Notes under the pieces: model-generated
The model's database searches: none
What the model was told of the DNA's origin: nothing
The model's input: only the letters and a program-made list of their open reading frames with translations
Shown: piece after piece, positions 1-9,983 of the stretch
Layout: each line of letters starts with the position of its first letter
Numbering within the stretch: the stretch's first letter is position 1
NCBI GenBank assembly: GCA_044229775.1
Contig: JBGASH010000001.1
Coordinates: forward strand, 10,409-74,408
Source: Bacteroidia bacterium
GTDB taxonomy: Bacteria; Bacteroidota; Bacteroidia; B-17B0; Aurantibacillaceae
Length of the DNA: 64,000 nt
Direction of reading: 5' to 3'
Made by a program: the position numbers and the translations under genes

Positions 1-850
1 CCGCCGCTTTTTGGCGTGTTACGCCTCCAAACAACGAAACCCCTACTTTATTTTTACGCTTCGCATAATAACCGTTTATGTTACTTTCAAATAAAGTGGA
101 TTGGTTAAGGGTAAGAATCGCTTCCGGTTCGTCTTTTGGCTGTTTAGAAACAAAATTAATTACGCCTCCAATGGCGCCCCCTCCAAATAACGTAGAGGCG
201 GAACCTTTCACGATTTCTACCTGCTTTAGGTCGAGCGGCGGAATTTGCATCACACCAAATCCCCCAGAAAACCCGTCGTAAAGCGGCAAACCATCACGCA
301 TCATTTGTGTGTATTTTCCGCCGAGGCCCTGTATTCTTACGTTGCTGTTTGCACTAACAGCCGAACTCTGTTGAATTTGAATGCCCGAAATATCTCCCAA
401 AATACTGGCCACGCTACCGGGCTTAATGGTGTTCTCTTCATCCATATCGTCGCTGCCCAGTACTTCTACTTTTAAAGGCGTGTCGTCCAAACGCGAATTG
501 GTTCGGGTAACCGAAACGATCACTTCGTCAAGCTCGCCTTCGGGAGTGAGCAGAACCACATGCTCTTTTGCGCCTGAAGGAAGTGAAAAGATAACGGACC
601 TGTTCTTATATCCTACAAAACTGAAAACGATCTCTTGTTCTCCATCGGGAATATTACTCAGCGAAATAACACCATCAGCGCCCGACGACCCTCCGCCTTT
701 GGTGCTTTTAACGAATGCTGCTGCCCCAATAATCTGTTCGCCGGTAATACTATCTTTTATCACAATTTTCAAAGAATTTTGTGCCACCGCCCCACTTATC
801 ATTAGCGTTACAAGAAAAAGAAGGATCGAGATTTTTCTAATGGCGCTCAT
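1..850 (-). CDS. TonB-dependent receptor, N-terminal part (gene continues past window start)
   Basis: Hand translation of the minus strand from the ATG at 850 gives a signal peptide (MSAIRKISILLFLVTLMISGAVAQ). A carboxypeptidase-regulatory-like segment follows (DGVISLSNIPDGEQEIVFSFVGY). Plug-domain motifs follow that (IQGLGGKYTQMMRDGLPLY, VEIVKGSASTLFGGGAIGGVINF). It is absent from the ORF track because it runs off the edge. Plus-strand ORFs 78-902 are its shadows. Confidence 0.8.
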   Translation of the reverse strand, partial: MSAIRKISILLFLVTLMISGAVAQNSLKIVIKDSITGEQIIGAAAFVKSTKGGGSSGADGVISLSNIPDGEQEIVFSFVGYKNRSVIFSLPSGAKEHVVLLTPEGELDEVIVSVTRTNSRLDDTPLKVEVLGSDDMDEENTIKPGSVASILGDISGIQIQQSSAVSANSNVRIQGLGGKYTQMMRDGLPLYDGFSGGFGVMQIPPLDLKQVEIVKGSASTLFGGGAIGGVINFVSKQPKDEPEAILTLNQSTLFESNINGYYAKRKNKVGVSLFGGVTRQKAA

Positions 851-852
851 GA

Positions 853-2097
853 CTAAAATTTATATTCAAAACGGTGCATGCCGCCGGCGTAACTGTATTT
901 AACACTGTGTTTGTGAATAGCGGCAACCTGTTGTACTAGGGCAAGACCAAGCCCCGTTGACTCTGAATTTTCTTTATAGAAGCGTTCAAATATATTTTCG
1001 GAAGAGCTAAGGGCGGCACCGAGATTTGAAACCACAAAAGCGTTTTTGGTTAACTCAACTTTTATCACTCCGCTCCCCGAAGTATATTTGATAGCATTGG
1101 ATAAGAGATTTGAAACCACCACATCGCCTAAAACTGGATGTATATGAAGAAAAATATTTTTTTCTATGTTGGCATCAACAACCAGATCTTTCATGGCTAT
1201 AAGTTCCTCAAACATTGCCAGCTTTTCATTGACCAACAGCGAAAAATCAATTTGTTCACTAGCCCTGAACTGATTGTTCTCAATTTTAGTGAGTTAAAGT
1301 AATGTTTGGTTTAATTTAGAGAGACGACCCGCCGCCGAATGAATCTCTATTAACTGTTTGGCTAAAGCTTCATTAAGATTTTCGGTTTGCAATAAATTCT
1401 CTGTTTTATTTTTAATGATGGATAATGGCGTTTGGATCTCGTGCGAAGCATTTTCGGTAAAGGCTTTGAGGCTTTGAAAATCAGACGAGATCTTAGCTGT
1501 CATTTTTTGAATGGCGTAATTGAGTTTTTGAAATTCTAATGTATTCGACTTATCGGGATTTAAGGCCTGATGTTTGGCTATATCGTATTCATCAAGGGCC
1601 GAAACGGTTTTGAAAAAAGGTTTCCATATATTTTTTGAAAAAAAGTAATTTACGCTTAGCATAATTACCAAAAGCACCAACGAAATGATCATTAAAGTAA
1701 AAGTAACGGCCTCTATCAGGTCTTCTGATTCTAAAAGCGGAGCTCGCACACTTGCCTTATAATTTTGTCCCGCAAGCGTTACAGGAAAACTAAGCTCACG
1801 ATAAGGGAGGGTTTCCTCTTCGTAGCTGTTGTAAAGAAAAGTGTCTTTAAGGGTTTCTTTAAAAACACCGCTTATTGGTTCAAATGAAAGCAATTCGCTT
1901 TGAAGAGAGCCATCCGGTAATTTTTTATTTTGACTGATGTAAGAAAAGATCCTTCCCTTTTTTAAAAACAACCCCTCGTTGGTCTCATCATTGGTAAGTT
2001 GCTTAAGCTCCTGATAAAAAACAAGTCCGCCCAATAGAAAAACAACTACTGTTACCAGCAAATAAACCAATGTATTTTTAGTGAGCAATCTCATCAT
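853..2097 (-). pseudogene. Sensor histidine kinase interrupted by one in-frame TAA (1294-1296)
   Basis: ORF 1294-2097 carries the TM segments and the HisKA H-box (SHEIQTPLSII). ORF 853-1236 carries the HATPase_c domain (NLLSNAIKYT, GLGLALV). Hand translation shows both are in the same frame, reading ...LSKLNQTLL*LTKIENNQFRASEQIDFSLLVNEKL... with a single stop. Confidence 0.75.
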
Positions 2098-2765
2098 GCA
2101 AACTTATATCCCATGCCATAAACGGTTTTTATGTAATCTTCGCAACCGGCATCAATTAATTTTTTGCGGAGGTTTTTAATATGCGTATAAATGAAATCAA
2201 AAGAGTCGGCCATGTCCATGTTATCGCCCCATAAATGTTCAGCGATACTTTCTTTTGTGATCACGCGGCTTTTATTGCTGACAAAGAACATTAAAAGGTC
2301 GAATTCTTTTTTAGTGAGCGCCAGTTCTTTTTTACCGATCAAAACGGAATTATTTTCGGGCGTTATTTTAATTTCGTTAAAAACAATTTCATTATCGCCG
2401 GCAAAATTACGGCGGCGCAAAACAGATTTTAAACGCGAATTAAGTTCGGCTAAATTAAAGGGCTTGGCCAGATAGTCGTCGGCGCCAAGATCGAGTCCGG
2501 CGATCTTATCGTCTACCGAATTTTTTGCGGAGATAATAATGATGCCTGATTTGCCTTTGGCTTTTTTAATGGTTTTAACCAGATCCAATCCGCTGCCCCC
2601 CGGAAGGGTAATATCTACGAGGATACAATCATACTGGTACATAGAAATTTTTTCATCGGCCGCCAAAAAATCTTTAGCATATTCGCACACAAAGCCCTCT
2701 TTCTTTAAAAAACTGAGGATCGACTCCGCCAATTCCTTTTCGTCTTCTATAAGCAATACCTTCAC
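2094..2765 (-). CDS. OmpR-family response regulator (receiver plus winged-helix DNA-binding domain)
   Basis: MKVLLIEDE...DCILVDITLPGGSGLDL...KPF receiver motifs. C-terminal LTKKEFDLLMFF...VYGMGYKF winged helix. Overlaps the kinase start by 4 nt. Confidence 0.9.
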   Translation of the reverse strand: MKVLLIEDEKELAESILSFLKKEGFVCEYAKDFLAADEKISMYQYDCILVDITLPGGSGLDLVKTIKKAKGKSGIIIISAKNSVDDKIAGLDLGADDYLAKPFNLAELNSRLKSVLRRRNFAGDNEIVFNEIKITPENNSVLIGKKELALTKKEFDLLMFFVSNKSRVITKESIAEHLWGDNMDMADSFDFIYTHIKNLRKKLIDAGCEDYIKTVYGMGYKFA

Positions 2766-2820
2766 GATACAAATATTGTAATTAATTCTGAAGAAAACCT
2801 GAACTTAAAAGTTGTTAATT

Positions 2821-3501
2821 TTAAAGGCTAAGCGCGTATTGAAGTCCCAGAATATAATTGTTTTCAGGCGAAGAGAGATAAAACTCGCGTTGGATCAAAT
2901 AGTATACCCCAAAACTGTTTCGATCATTGATCTTATAGTCAAAACCGGCAGCATATCGCACGCGATGGATTTCGCCATTATATTGAGCCTGTTTGCCCCT
3001 GGGCACATCTATTTGATATCGCGCTTCAACCGAAACATAAGGCGTAATTTTTTTATTTAGATCGAGTTTCATCTCAACTTTATAACGCAAAAAGTGCTCG
3101 GGATATTGCCCGCTTTGTGAGATCAAATAATCCCTTACTTCCGTTTGATAACGTAGCCGGTTAGAAAAGATGATCTTCGAGAATTTTTTCTTGTAGGCAA
3201 TATCAAGCATTAGCCTGTGGCGAAAGCTAAAAACATTTTCGGTTTGAAATTTTTGGATGGTACGATAAGTTAGCTCGGCTTTAAATCCTTTCTTGAACTT
3301 ATAACCCATTCCGAAATTAGTATATAACAAATTAAGCCTCGAAAAATTTTCCCTTAGCCGGAGCTCCTGATCAAACGTTAAAAAGAAATTCTTATTGAGA
3401 TTCTTCTGAACCGAAAAAGTATTCCACATTCCGGCATCATTATAGTTCTGCGCAAGCAGCGCAGCAGGCAAAAAATAGAGAATGAAAAAATACCGCTTCA
3501 A
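2821..3501 (-). CDS. DUF2490-like outer-membrane protein
   Basis: Signal peptide, then alternating beta-strand pattern. Paralogous to ORF 7515-8207. Confidence 0.55.
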   Translation of the reverse strand: MKRYFFILYFLPAALLAQNYNDAGMWNTFSVQKNLNKNFFLTFDQELRLRENFSRLNLLYTNFGMGYKFKKGFKAELTYRTIQKFQTENVFSFRHRLMLDIAYKKKFSKIIFSNRLRYQTEVRDYLISQSGQYPEHFLRYKVEMKLDLNKKITPYVSVEARYQIDVPRGKQAQYNGEIHRVRYAAGFDYKINDRNSFGVYYLIQREFYLSSPENNYILGLQYALSL

Positions 3502-3503
3502 CC

Positions 3504-4154
3504 TTATTCGAAATAATAAATTTTTATCTGAGCCGAATCCCTTAAAAAATCAATTTTTTGAATAGAGATCCGATGAACGTTTATGCCAGTTCTTTTTTTG
3601 ATGTCCTCGATCAATTCAGGATGGCGGTCTTCGCTTATCAGTTCAATGTTCTCGTAATTGATCAATTTCACCACTTCCTTTTTAATGAGCAATTTACTCT
3701 CCAATAAGAAGGCCAGCAACACAATAACGCCGTTGATCAAAGCCAGAAACACCACCTCGTAATTTTCGCTGGCGTCTTTTACTTTTGTTACCGCCGATAT
3801 GAGGCCGATGGCAATGACCAAAAACAAATAGGTCATGTCTTTAATGCTAATATCCTCGGTGCGGTATCTAAGCATACTGAATACAGCAAATAAACCAAAA
3901 GCGGCGCCCATGCTTAACTCCACTTTATTTAAGAGGAAACAAATAAAGAAAATGATAATGTTAAAGATGAAGAATGTAAAAAACAACTCGCGCTTTTTAT
4001 AGGCAGGGAAGTACACCAGGCGAATCAGCGCGAATACGGCTGCAAAATCTATAAGAAGGCGAAGGCCTATTTTGCCCGATATTTTTTGTATGGCCTCAAA
4101 GCCATTGCTTACAACCGACTCATCGGCTGCCTGCAAGAGAAACGCGTGTATCAT
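3504..4154 (-). CDS. DUF4956-like integral membrane protein
   Basis: Several TM helices. The FGLFAVFSMLRYRTE block is typical of the family that partners bacterial VTC-domain proteins. Confidence 0.6.
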   Translation of the reverse strand: MIHAFLLQAADESVVSNGFEAIQKISGKIGLRLLIDFAAVFALIRLVYFPAYKKRELFFTFFIFNIIIFFICFLLNKVELSMGAAFGLFAVFSMLRYRTEDISIKDMTYLFLVIAIGLISAVTKVKDASENYEVVFLALINGVIVLLAFLLESKLLIKKEVVKLINYENIELISEDRHPELIEDIKKRTGINVHRISIQKIDFLRDSAQIKIYYFE

Positions 4155-4896
4155 GCAATATGTGGTTTAAATATAAAAGTTTAGGTTTAAAATTATTCTT
4201 TTTGATGCCATCGCACAAAGCGGTAACGCCGAGACAATATTTACTTATGGCCCCATCGCGAATATGCAATTGTTTCATTATTTTTAAAAAGGGCGACACG
4301 ATCTTTTTATCTTGTTTAGCTTCTGCGATCACTAGTGCATTATAGTTTTTAGACCGATCGTTTTTTACAAATTCCAATCCTAAGTCGATCGTTATTCGCT
4401 CAGGACCAGTTTTATTCACAAAAGTAACACGACTATAATTTACCCAAAGGGCCGGAATAAGCGAGCCCGGATCTAATGACGTTTTTTGTTCCAAAAACGT
4501 CAACGAATTATTTTCCCATTTTAATGGCGTGTCATTTTGCCTGACTCGCGTTTTAATGGTGCGCTCTTTATTGTTCTTTAATTTCACTTCTAAAAAACCA
4601 ATATTGCTTTCCACATAGGCACGATGACGGATCTTGTACCGATTTAATTGCCCGTTATGATGAGCAAGGTAAAGGCTAAAATTGGACGTATCGTAGTAAA
4701 GGGTTTTATATCTGCTTATTCTTTTTCCGTCTACCTCCAAAACACGGTAATGTTCTAACATCATGGAAAAAACCGTTTCTAGTTTTGAACGATTAAAATT
4801 AAATTTGGTATCGGTCCTGTCCATTAGTTTAACTTTGTCCATTTCGCTCAGCGCGATGGACTCAAATCTTTTCAATATTTTTTCTGTTTCGTCCAA
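4120..4896 (-). CDS. VTC-domain (polyphosphate polymerase-like) protein
   Basis: MDRTDTKFNF...YKTLYYDTSNFSLYLAHHNGQLNRYKIRHRAY...FLEVKLKNNKERTIKTR matches the tunnel-fold VTC/CYTH-like pattern. Confidence 0.6.
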   Translation of the reverse strand: MDETEKILKRFESIALSEMDKVKLMDRTDTKFNFNRSKLETVFSMMLEHYRVLEVDGKRISRYKTLYYDTSNFSLYLAHHNGQLNRYKIRHRAYVESNIGFLEVKLKNNKERTIKTRVRQNDTPLKWENNSLTFLEQKTSLDPGSLIPALWVNYSRVTFVNKTGPERITIDLGLEFVKNDRSKNYNALVIAEAKQDKKIVSPFLKIMKQLHIRDGAISKYCLGVTALCDGIKKNNFKPKLLYLNHILHDTRVSLAGSR

Positions 4897-4897
4897 G

Positions 4898-5371
4898 CTA
4901 CTTTGTTACGTAAATATGTTTTTTAACTGAGATTAGTTTATTTTCTGCATCGTAGGTTTTTCGCTCGGTTTTAAGTCCTTTCGAATCGTAAGTATAAACA
5001 TTCTTCTTAAAAAGTTTTTGATCCTTATCGTAAATAAGCTCTTCGGTTTTCTCGCCCAGGCTGTTATATTTTATCACGCGTTTTTCTATTAAATTGTTTT
5101 TTGGATCATATTCTGCTTCTTCAATGCAATCGCCTTCGTTATTGTATTTGTATTTTTTTATAGATTTTAACTCGCCATCCTTATTATAATTTGTCTCTTC
5201 AATGGGATTTCCCTTACTGTCAAATACCGTTTTTCCTTCATTAAACGTTTTTCCGTTCTCGGTAATAGTGGTAGAAGAAGATTTTATTTTATGTTGTTTA
5301 ACAGCTTTTTTGCTTTGCGACGAACCGTTTAACGCGAGTAACACAAAGATGAATAAAACAAATAGGCGCAT
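4898..5371 (-). CDS. Secreted protein with YD/RHS-like short repeats
   Basis: Signal peptide, then repeated Y.YD..G/K...E motifs (YNKDGELKSIKKYKYNNEGD, YTYDSKGLKTERKTYDAENK). Confidence 0.45.
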   Translation of the reverse strand: MRLFVLFIFVLLALNGSSQSKKAVKQHKIKSSSTTITENGKTFNEGKTVFDSKGNPIEETNYNKDGELKSIKKYKYNNEGDCIEEAEYDPKNNLIEKRVIKYNSLGEKTEELIYDKDQKLFKKNVYTYDSKGLKTERKTYDAENKLISVKKHIYVTK

Positions 5372-5374
5372 TAT

Positions 5375-5782
5375 CTACTTTTTAATATTTAAAGTTCCAA
5401 CGTCAACCACTTGTTTTTTGTCGGTAATGTTTACAGAAGCGTCAACCGCAATGGTGCCCGAAGGATTTTGACTGTTTTGAAGTGTTTTACTATAAACGGT
5501 AATTTTGTATTTCCCTTTTCTTAAATACAGAAATTCAAATTCCCCATTGGCGTTGGTTTTAACGTTTTCGTCGGGAGAAATATTGTCACCAAACGTAAGT
5601 TCAACAGTAACGTTAGGCCCAAAATATTCCTGTTCAAGTATGGTAAAAAAGGGATCGTATTGCTGAACCCACACTTTTCCTTTTATTGAAGCGTTACCGC
5701 CCTGGCCCGGTGTTTTTTTGCACGACCAAAAAACACACGAAAAAAGAACAGCAAAAAGTAAAGTAATTAAATTTTTATTCAT
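5375..5782 (-). CDS. Lipoprotein with carboxypeptidase-regulatory-like beta-sandwich
   Basis: Lipobox-like LFSCVFWSC, then IKGKVW...TNANGEFEFLYLRKGKYKITV. Confidence 0.5.
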   Translation of the reverse strand: MNKNLITLLFAVLFSCVFWSCKKTPGQGGNASIKGKVWVQQYDPFFTILEQEYFGPNVTVELTFGDNISPDENVKTNANGEFEFLYLRKGKYKITVYSKTLQNSQNPSGTIAVDASVNITDKKQVVDVGTLNIKK

Positions 5783-5784
5783 AA

Positions 5785-7440
5785 TTATTTTATGTAGATA
5801 AAACGACCGTTATGAGCGGCCTGATTGCCAGATAAATTTACAGAATAAAAATAACATCCCGGTTCTAATTTTTCGGAAGGGATGTGGTAGTCATTATTAG
5901 CGCTTATGTTTTGATGATCTATTAACGAGCCGAAGCTGTTGTAAACCGTTACTTCGAAAGGAAGAGTATTGTTATTAAGTCGGATGACTGAGCCTTCCTT
6001 TATCGGATTAGGATAACAAAGCACCGAAGAAATGACATTTGAAGATTCTATTATCCCAACAAAGGCCATTCCGTTATAATAAAGATGATGCGCGTAAATG
6101 TCGTAATCGTTGGTGTTTCGGTGATCGTCCCACGCAAATACCGCGCCGCCGTTACCATCACAAACTTGTGCCACATTAATTTGGTTATCTGTAGCAATAC
6201 AAACATCCGCTCCGCCAGGGGTCCATGAAAGCGCACCTGAAGAGGTCATTTTTTGCGACCGGATCTGCCATTCGCCGGCCACCGAATCCTGCCAGGCTAT
6301 AATAGCGACTCCCTGTCCGTCTGAAACAGCATTCGGATTAATGGAATTCGGGGCGGAGGATAGCATCACGCCGTTAGTGGCTAATTGAACAACGCCCGAC
6401 ATGTTCATTAGTTGAGAATAGATCCCGTAACCGGAACCGCTTCTTTTATCTTTCCAAGAAACCACAAATCCGGCAGCACCAATATATTTCATGTCGATCG
6501 CGCTTTGATTGGATGTAGCGCCACAAACCAAAACCCCGTTGACAGTCCATTGCACCGCACCCGAGGCGTTTACACGTTGTAAATAAATATCGTAATCCAA
6601 ACCATTCCTTTTGTCTTCCCAGGCAATGGCCGCGCCTCCCGAACCATCAGGATCGATCCGTGGATTATTTTGTGTGTTAATGGCATTGCAAATAACAACG
6701 CCGTCTGCAGTCCATTGCGGTACGCCGGAAGCGTTTAGCCGTTGAGCGTAAATATCGTAATCGGTATTATTTCTTTTATCCTGCCAGGTGATAATTCCTC
6801 CACCAGCATTATCAATATCTATTTTAGGATTATTTTGTGTGTTAGGTGCCGAACAAACAGTAACACCATTGGCTGCCCAAACTGCGGTACCGGAAGAACT
6901 GATCCTTTGGGCGCAAATATCCCAATAGAAATTAAGCGAGTCTTCCCATACAATGATAGCACCACCAGCATTATCACTGATGATCTTAGGACTTTTTTGC
7001 GCGGTGGTTTTATTACAAACCGGAATACCATCAAGAGCCCAAAGACTATTTCCTAACGAATCGATCTTTTGCGCGTAAATGTCACTATTCCCATTTCTTG
7101 TATCTTCCCAGGTAATAATGGCATTGCCTCCAGGAACTTCGGTAACAGAAATATTTTTTTGGATCAAAGACGCAGAACAAACCGAAAGTCCGTTGGCGTT
7201 CCACTTCGCAATTCCGGAGGCATTCATTCGTTGAGCATATATATCCCAGGAAGTAGAGGTTGAATTTCTATTATCTTCCCAAACAATGATGGCGCCACCG
7301 CTGGCGTCGGGAACCATATGTGTATTTTGTTGCGCTTTTGTAGCAGTAGCCACGGCAGTATTAATAGCGGCATTGGAATTCCACTGCGAAAAAGAAATAA
7401 ATGGGAAAATAATAAGCAAGAGTATAAACAGCGGCTTCAT
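5785..7440 (-). CDS. Secreted repeat protein (about 8 repeats of about 50 aa) with T9SS C-terminal sorting domain
   Basis: Repeats of GGAII.WED.R....DIYAQR.N.SG...W..NGV.VC. C-terminus is CYPNPIKEGSVIRLN...VTVYNSFGSLI...GCYFYSV, a Por secretion tail pattern. Confidence 0.65.
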   Translation of the reverse strand: MKPLFILLLIIFPFISFSQWNSNAAINTAVATATKAQQNTHMVPDASGGAIIVWEDNRNSTSTSWDIYAQRMNASGIAKWNANGLSVCSASLIQKNISVTEVPGGNAIITWEDTRNGNSDIYAQKIDSLGNSLWALDGIPVCNKTTAQKSPKIISDNAGGAIIVWEDSLNFYWDICAQRISSSGTAVWAANGVTVCSAPNTQNNPKIDIDNAGGGIITWQDKRNNTDYDIYAQRLNASGVPQWTADGVVICNAINTQNNPRIDPDGSGGAAIAWEDKRNGLDYDIYLQRVNASGAVQWTVNGVLVCGATSNQSAIDMKYIGAAGFVVSWKDKRSGSGYGIYSQLMNMSGVVQLATNGVMLSSAPNSINPNAVSDGQGVAIIAWQDSVAGEWQIRSQKMTSSGALSWTPGGADVCIATDNQINVAQVCDGNGGAVFAWDDHRNTNDYDIYAHHLYYNGMAFVGIIESSNVISSVLCYPNPIKEGSVIRLNNNTLPFEVTVYNSFGSLIDHQNISANNDYHIPSEKLEPGCYFYSVNLSGNQAAHNGRFIYIK

Positions 7441-7514
7441 CAGGTAAATTTACTGAAAATTCACATAAATTTTACATAAATTTAAACTCCAAAGACGGAT
7501 CAGTCAGTAAAAAT

Positions 7515-8207
7515 TTGTTGAAACGTATAAAATATTTCTATTGCCTATTGATGATCGTGCTTTTTACAAATGCGAAAGCGCAGAAAGCAGAACAAGATTT
7601 CCAATTATGGGCCAATGCCGAAATAGAATCGCCTATCAATAAAAGATGGATGATCCATTTGCAGCATCAGTCAAGGATAACCGAAAACGCTTCGGCCTAT
7701 AGCTATTATTATTTCGATGGCGGATTCTTATACCGTATCGGGAGAAACCTGCGATTTAATTTTAATTACATTTTTGTTGATAAGGGACGAATGGATCACG
7801 CCGCCAGCTATCGCGATCAGTTTGAAGGGTATTTTACCTATAGAAAAAAAGTGGGAAAATTTGTTTTCTTTGATCGCTTTCTTGGCGATATGCAGTTTAA
7901 AGACTACAATGCCGATCCGCAAGGCAATCATCTGAGGGATTTTTATGTTAGAAATAAATTTACCATTAGGTATAAATTACCTCATAAGTTTACGCCGTAC
8001 GTGGCACAGGAAACCTATTATAAATTTGACGGGATGTACTATGAAAAAGGATTTAACAGAATAAGATTATTTGGCGGACTGCTATACAACCTAACGGATA
8101 ATTGGCTTGCGGAGGTTTGTTACATTTTGGAGATGAACCACGACGCAAAAATTCCTACCAACAATTACATCATTAGTTTTGGCGTTGTAAGAACCTTTTT
8201 TCAATAA
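7515..8207 (+). CDS. DUF2490-like outer-membrane protein (paralog of 2821-3501)
   Basis: Signal peptide, QLWANAE...RWM..LQHQSR pattern, beta-barrel-like alternation. Confidence 0.55.
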   Translation: MLKRIKYFYCLLMIVLFTNAKAQKAEQDFQLWANAEIESPINKRWMIHLQHQSRITENASAYSYYYFDGGFLYRIGRNLRFNFNYIFVDKGRMDHAASYRDQFEGYFTYRKKVGKFVFFDRFLGDMQFKDYNADPQGNHLRDFYVRNKFTIRYKLPHKFTPYVAQETYYKFDGMYYEKGFNRIRLFGGLLYNLTDNWLAEVCYILEMNHDAKIPTNNYIISFGVVRTFFQ

Positions 8208-8208
8208 T

Positions 8209-9006
8209 TTAATTGGGAGATTGTTTTCGGATCAGTTTAGAAAAGAGTTTTGGAAAGAAGCGTTTTACTTTTATAGCCCGCAATTCGGAACCTCCTATAA
8301 AGATCTCTTCAGCATTATTTAAAATTCCTTTTATGATCTGATCGGCACATTCGGCCGCGCTCATGGCGTTCTCATGACTTTCTTCCATTTTACCATTCAA
8401 ATTTCCATTCGCAGAAGTGGCATTAATGGAAATATTGGTTTTAATTTTACCCGGACAAACCATCAACACCTTTATTCCTTTCGGCTCATTCTCTAAACGA
8501 AGACTTTCAAAGTAACCATGCAAAGCGTGTTTGGCAGCCGAGTAGGAGGAGCGCAGAAAAAAACCAAATTTTCCGGCAATACTGCTTATAATAACAATGT
8601 GACCGTTTTTAGCCCGTAACATATAAGGCAAAACCGCTTTTGAAATATTTACAGCGCTAAAATAATTTACTTCCATTAATTTTCTTTCAGTGGCCTCATC
8701 GGTTTCGATAGCCAAAGCGCGCTGACTTTGTCCGCCATTATTAATGAGAATATCTATTTTACCGAATTTATTTATTACTTGAGCCGCAAGTCCGGAGGCT
8801 TTTGAGGTATCGTTAAGATCGAACGGCAAAATTAAAAGATCAAGCGGCGGTAATTTGGTGAGCGCTCCCACGCGCTTCAACTCTTCTTCGCGCCGGGCAG
8901 ATAAGATCAAACGCGCCCCTTTTTGCGCCAGTTGCAAAGCAAGGGCTTCGCCAATGCCGGAAGAGGCACCGGTGATCCAAATAACTTTATCTTTAAAGGC
9001 CGACAT
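8209..9006 (-). CDS. Short-chain dehydrogenase/reductase (SDR)
   Basis: ITGASSGIGEA Rossmann motif and YSAAKHAL catalytic motif. I place the start at the internal ATG at 9006, which overlaps the upstream stop by 1 nt (TAATG), not at 9063. Confidence 0.85.
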   Translation of the reverse strand: MSAFKDKVIWITGASSGIGEALALQLAQKGARLILSARREEELKRVGALTKLPPLDLLILPFDLNDTSKASGLAAQVINKFGKIDILINNGGQSQRALAIETDEATERKLMEVNYFSAVNISKAVLPYMLRAKNGHIVIISSIAGKFGFFLRSSYSAAKHALHGYFESLRLENEPKGIKVLMVCPGKIKTNISINATSANGNLNGKMEESHENAMSAAECADQIIKGILNNAEEIFIGGSELRAIKVKRFFPKLFSKLIRKQSPN

Positions 9007-9983
9007 TAATTTTCTAACAAATCTACAACTTCTTTTACTGTAATTTCCTTTATGCAATGACAATTATTATTTTTTCTGCAATCACTGCATGTTTTGTTCA
9101 ATACCAAATGGTGCGCATTCTTTCCCAATGGCATCCATCTTCCGGGATGTATGGGTCGCATTGGCGCAAATAGCCCAATGGCTTTTTTCCCTAAAGCGGC
9201 GGCAATATGCAAAGGCCCTGTGCTGGCGGCCACCAACGCATCGGCACTATTGATAAATGAAATAAATTGTTTTAAACTTAATTTGCCGGTAAGATCAACG
9301 ATGTCGTTATGTTCTTCAAATAACAACCGGGCTTGCGCTCCTTCCTCTTTGGTTCCACTGATAAATATTTTGAATTTACTTTTTGGCAATGCCGAGATAA
9401 GGTTGGAATAATTTCCCAAACCCCATTCGCGTGCACTTCCCTTTGATTTAGGATGTAAGATGAGATTGATCTTATCCTTATCAAGAAGCTTCTCCCACTC
9501 TTCGTCTAAAGCCTTCACTTTAGAAAAGCCGTAGTAATTTTTAATACCGTTTACTTCAACATCTATGGGAATATTCAGGAACTCCAACAATTTAATATTC
9601 AGTTGCGCTTCATGAAGATCAGAATTTTTACGTGAAAGCTTTATCAATTTATTGCAGTTGCCCCAATGAAATAAACGGTTAGTGGTTCCAACGCGTAAAG
9701 CAATGCCGGCTTTTTTCGCTGCAACTGCAATGTCTTTAACAGGAAAAACATGAATGATCACATCCGCTTTTGGTAGCGTTTTGGTTTCGTCCCAATTAAT
9801 AAAATCGTCAACGTGTTCACTTAAAGCTACAACGTCTTTGGTATAGCTACGCCCCAAAAAACTGATCTTACAATTGGGAAAATGTTTTTTAATATAACCT
9901 GCCATGGGCAAAGTAAGAACCACATCGCCAATACTGTCGGTACGACTTAAAATGACCGAAAAATTATCAGGAAGTTTTTGCAT
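9006..9983 (-). CDS. Glycosyltransferase family 9 (LPS heptosyltransferase-like)
   Basis: SRTDSIGDVVLTLP N-terminus. C-terminal ALVAASTGPLHIAAALGK motif typical of GT9. Confidence 0.8.
   Translation of the reverse strand: MQKLPDNFSVILSRTDSIGDVVLTLPMAGYIKKHFPNCKISFLGRSYTKDVVALSEHVDDFINWDETKTLPKADVIIHVFPVKDIAVAAKKAGIALRVGTTNRLFHWGNCNKLIKLSRKNSDLHEAQLNIKLLEFLNIPIDVEVNGIKNYYGFSKVKALDEEWEKLLDKDKINLILHPKSKGSAREWGLGNYSNLISALPKSKFKIFISGTKEEGAQARLLFEEHNDIVDLTGKLSLKQFISFINSADALVAASTGPLHIAAALGKKAIGLFAPMRPIHPGRWMPLGKNAHHLVLNKTCSDCRKNNNCHCIKEITVKEVVDLLEN

Noticed and set aside
78-902. Three plus-strand ORFs (67-173 aa) at the window start
   Set aside because: Their products are low-complexity and unrecognisable. 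The minus strand encodes a convincing TonB-dependent receptor N-terminus, so these are shadow ORFs.
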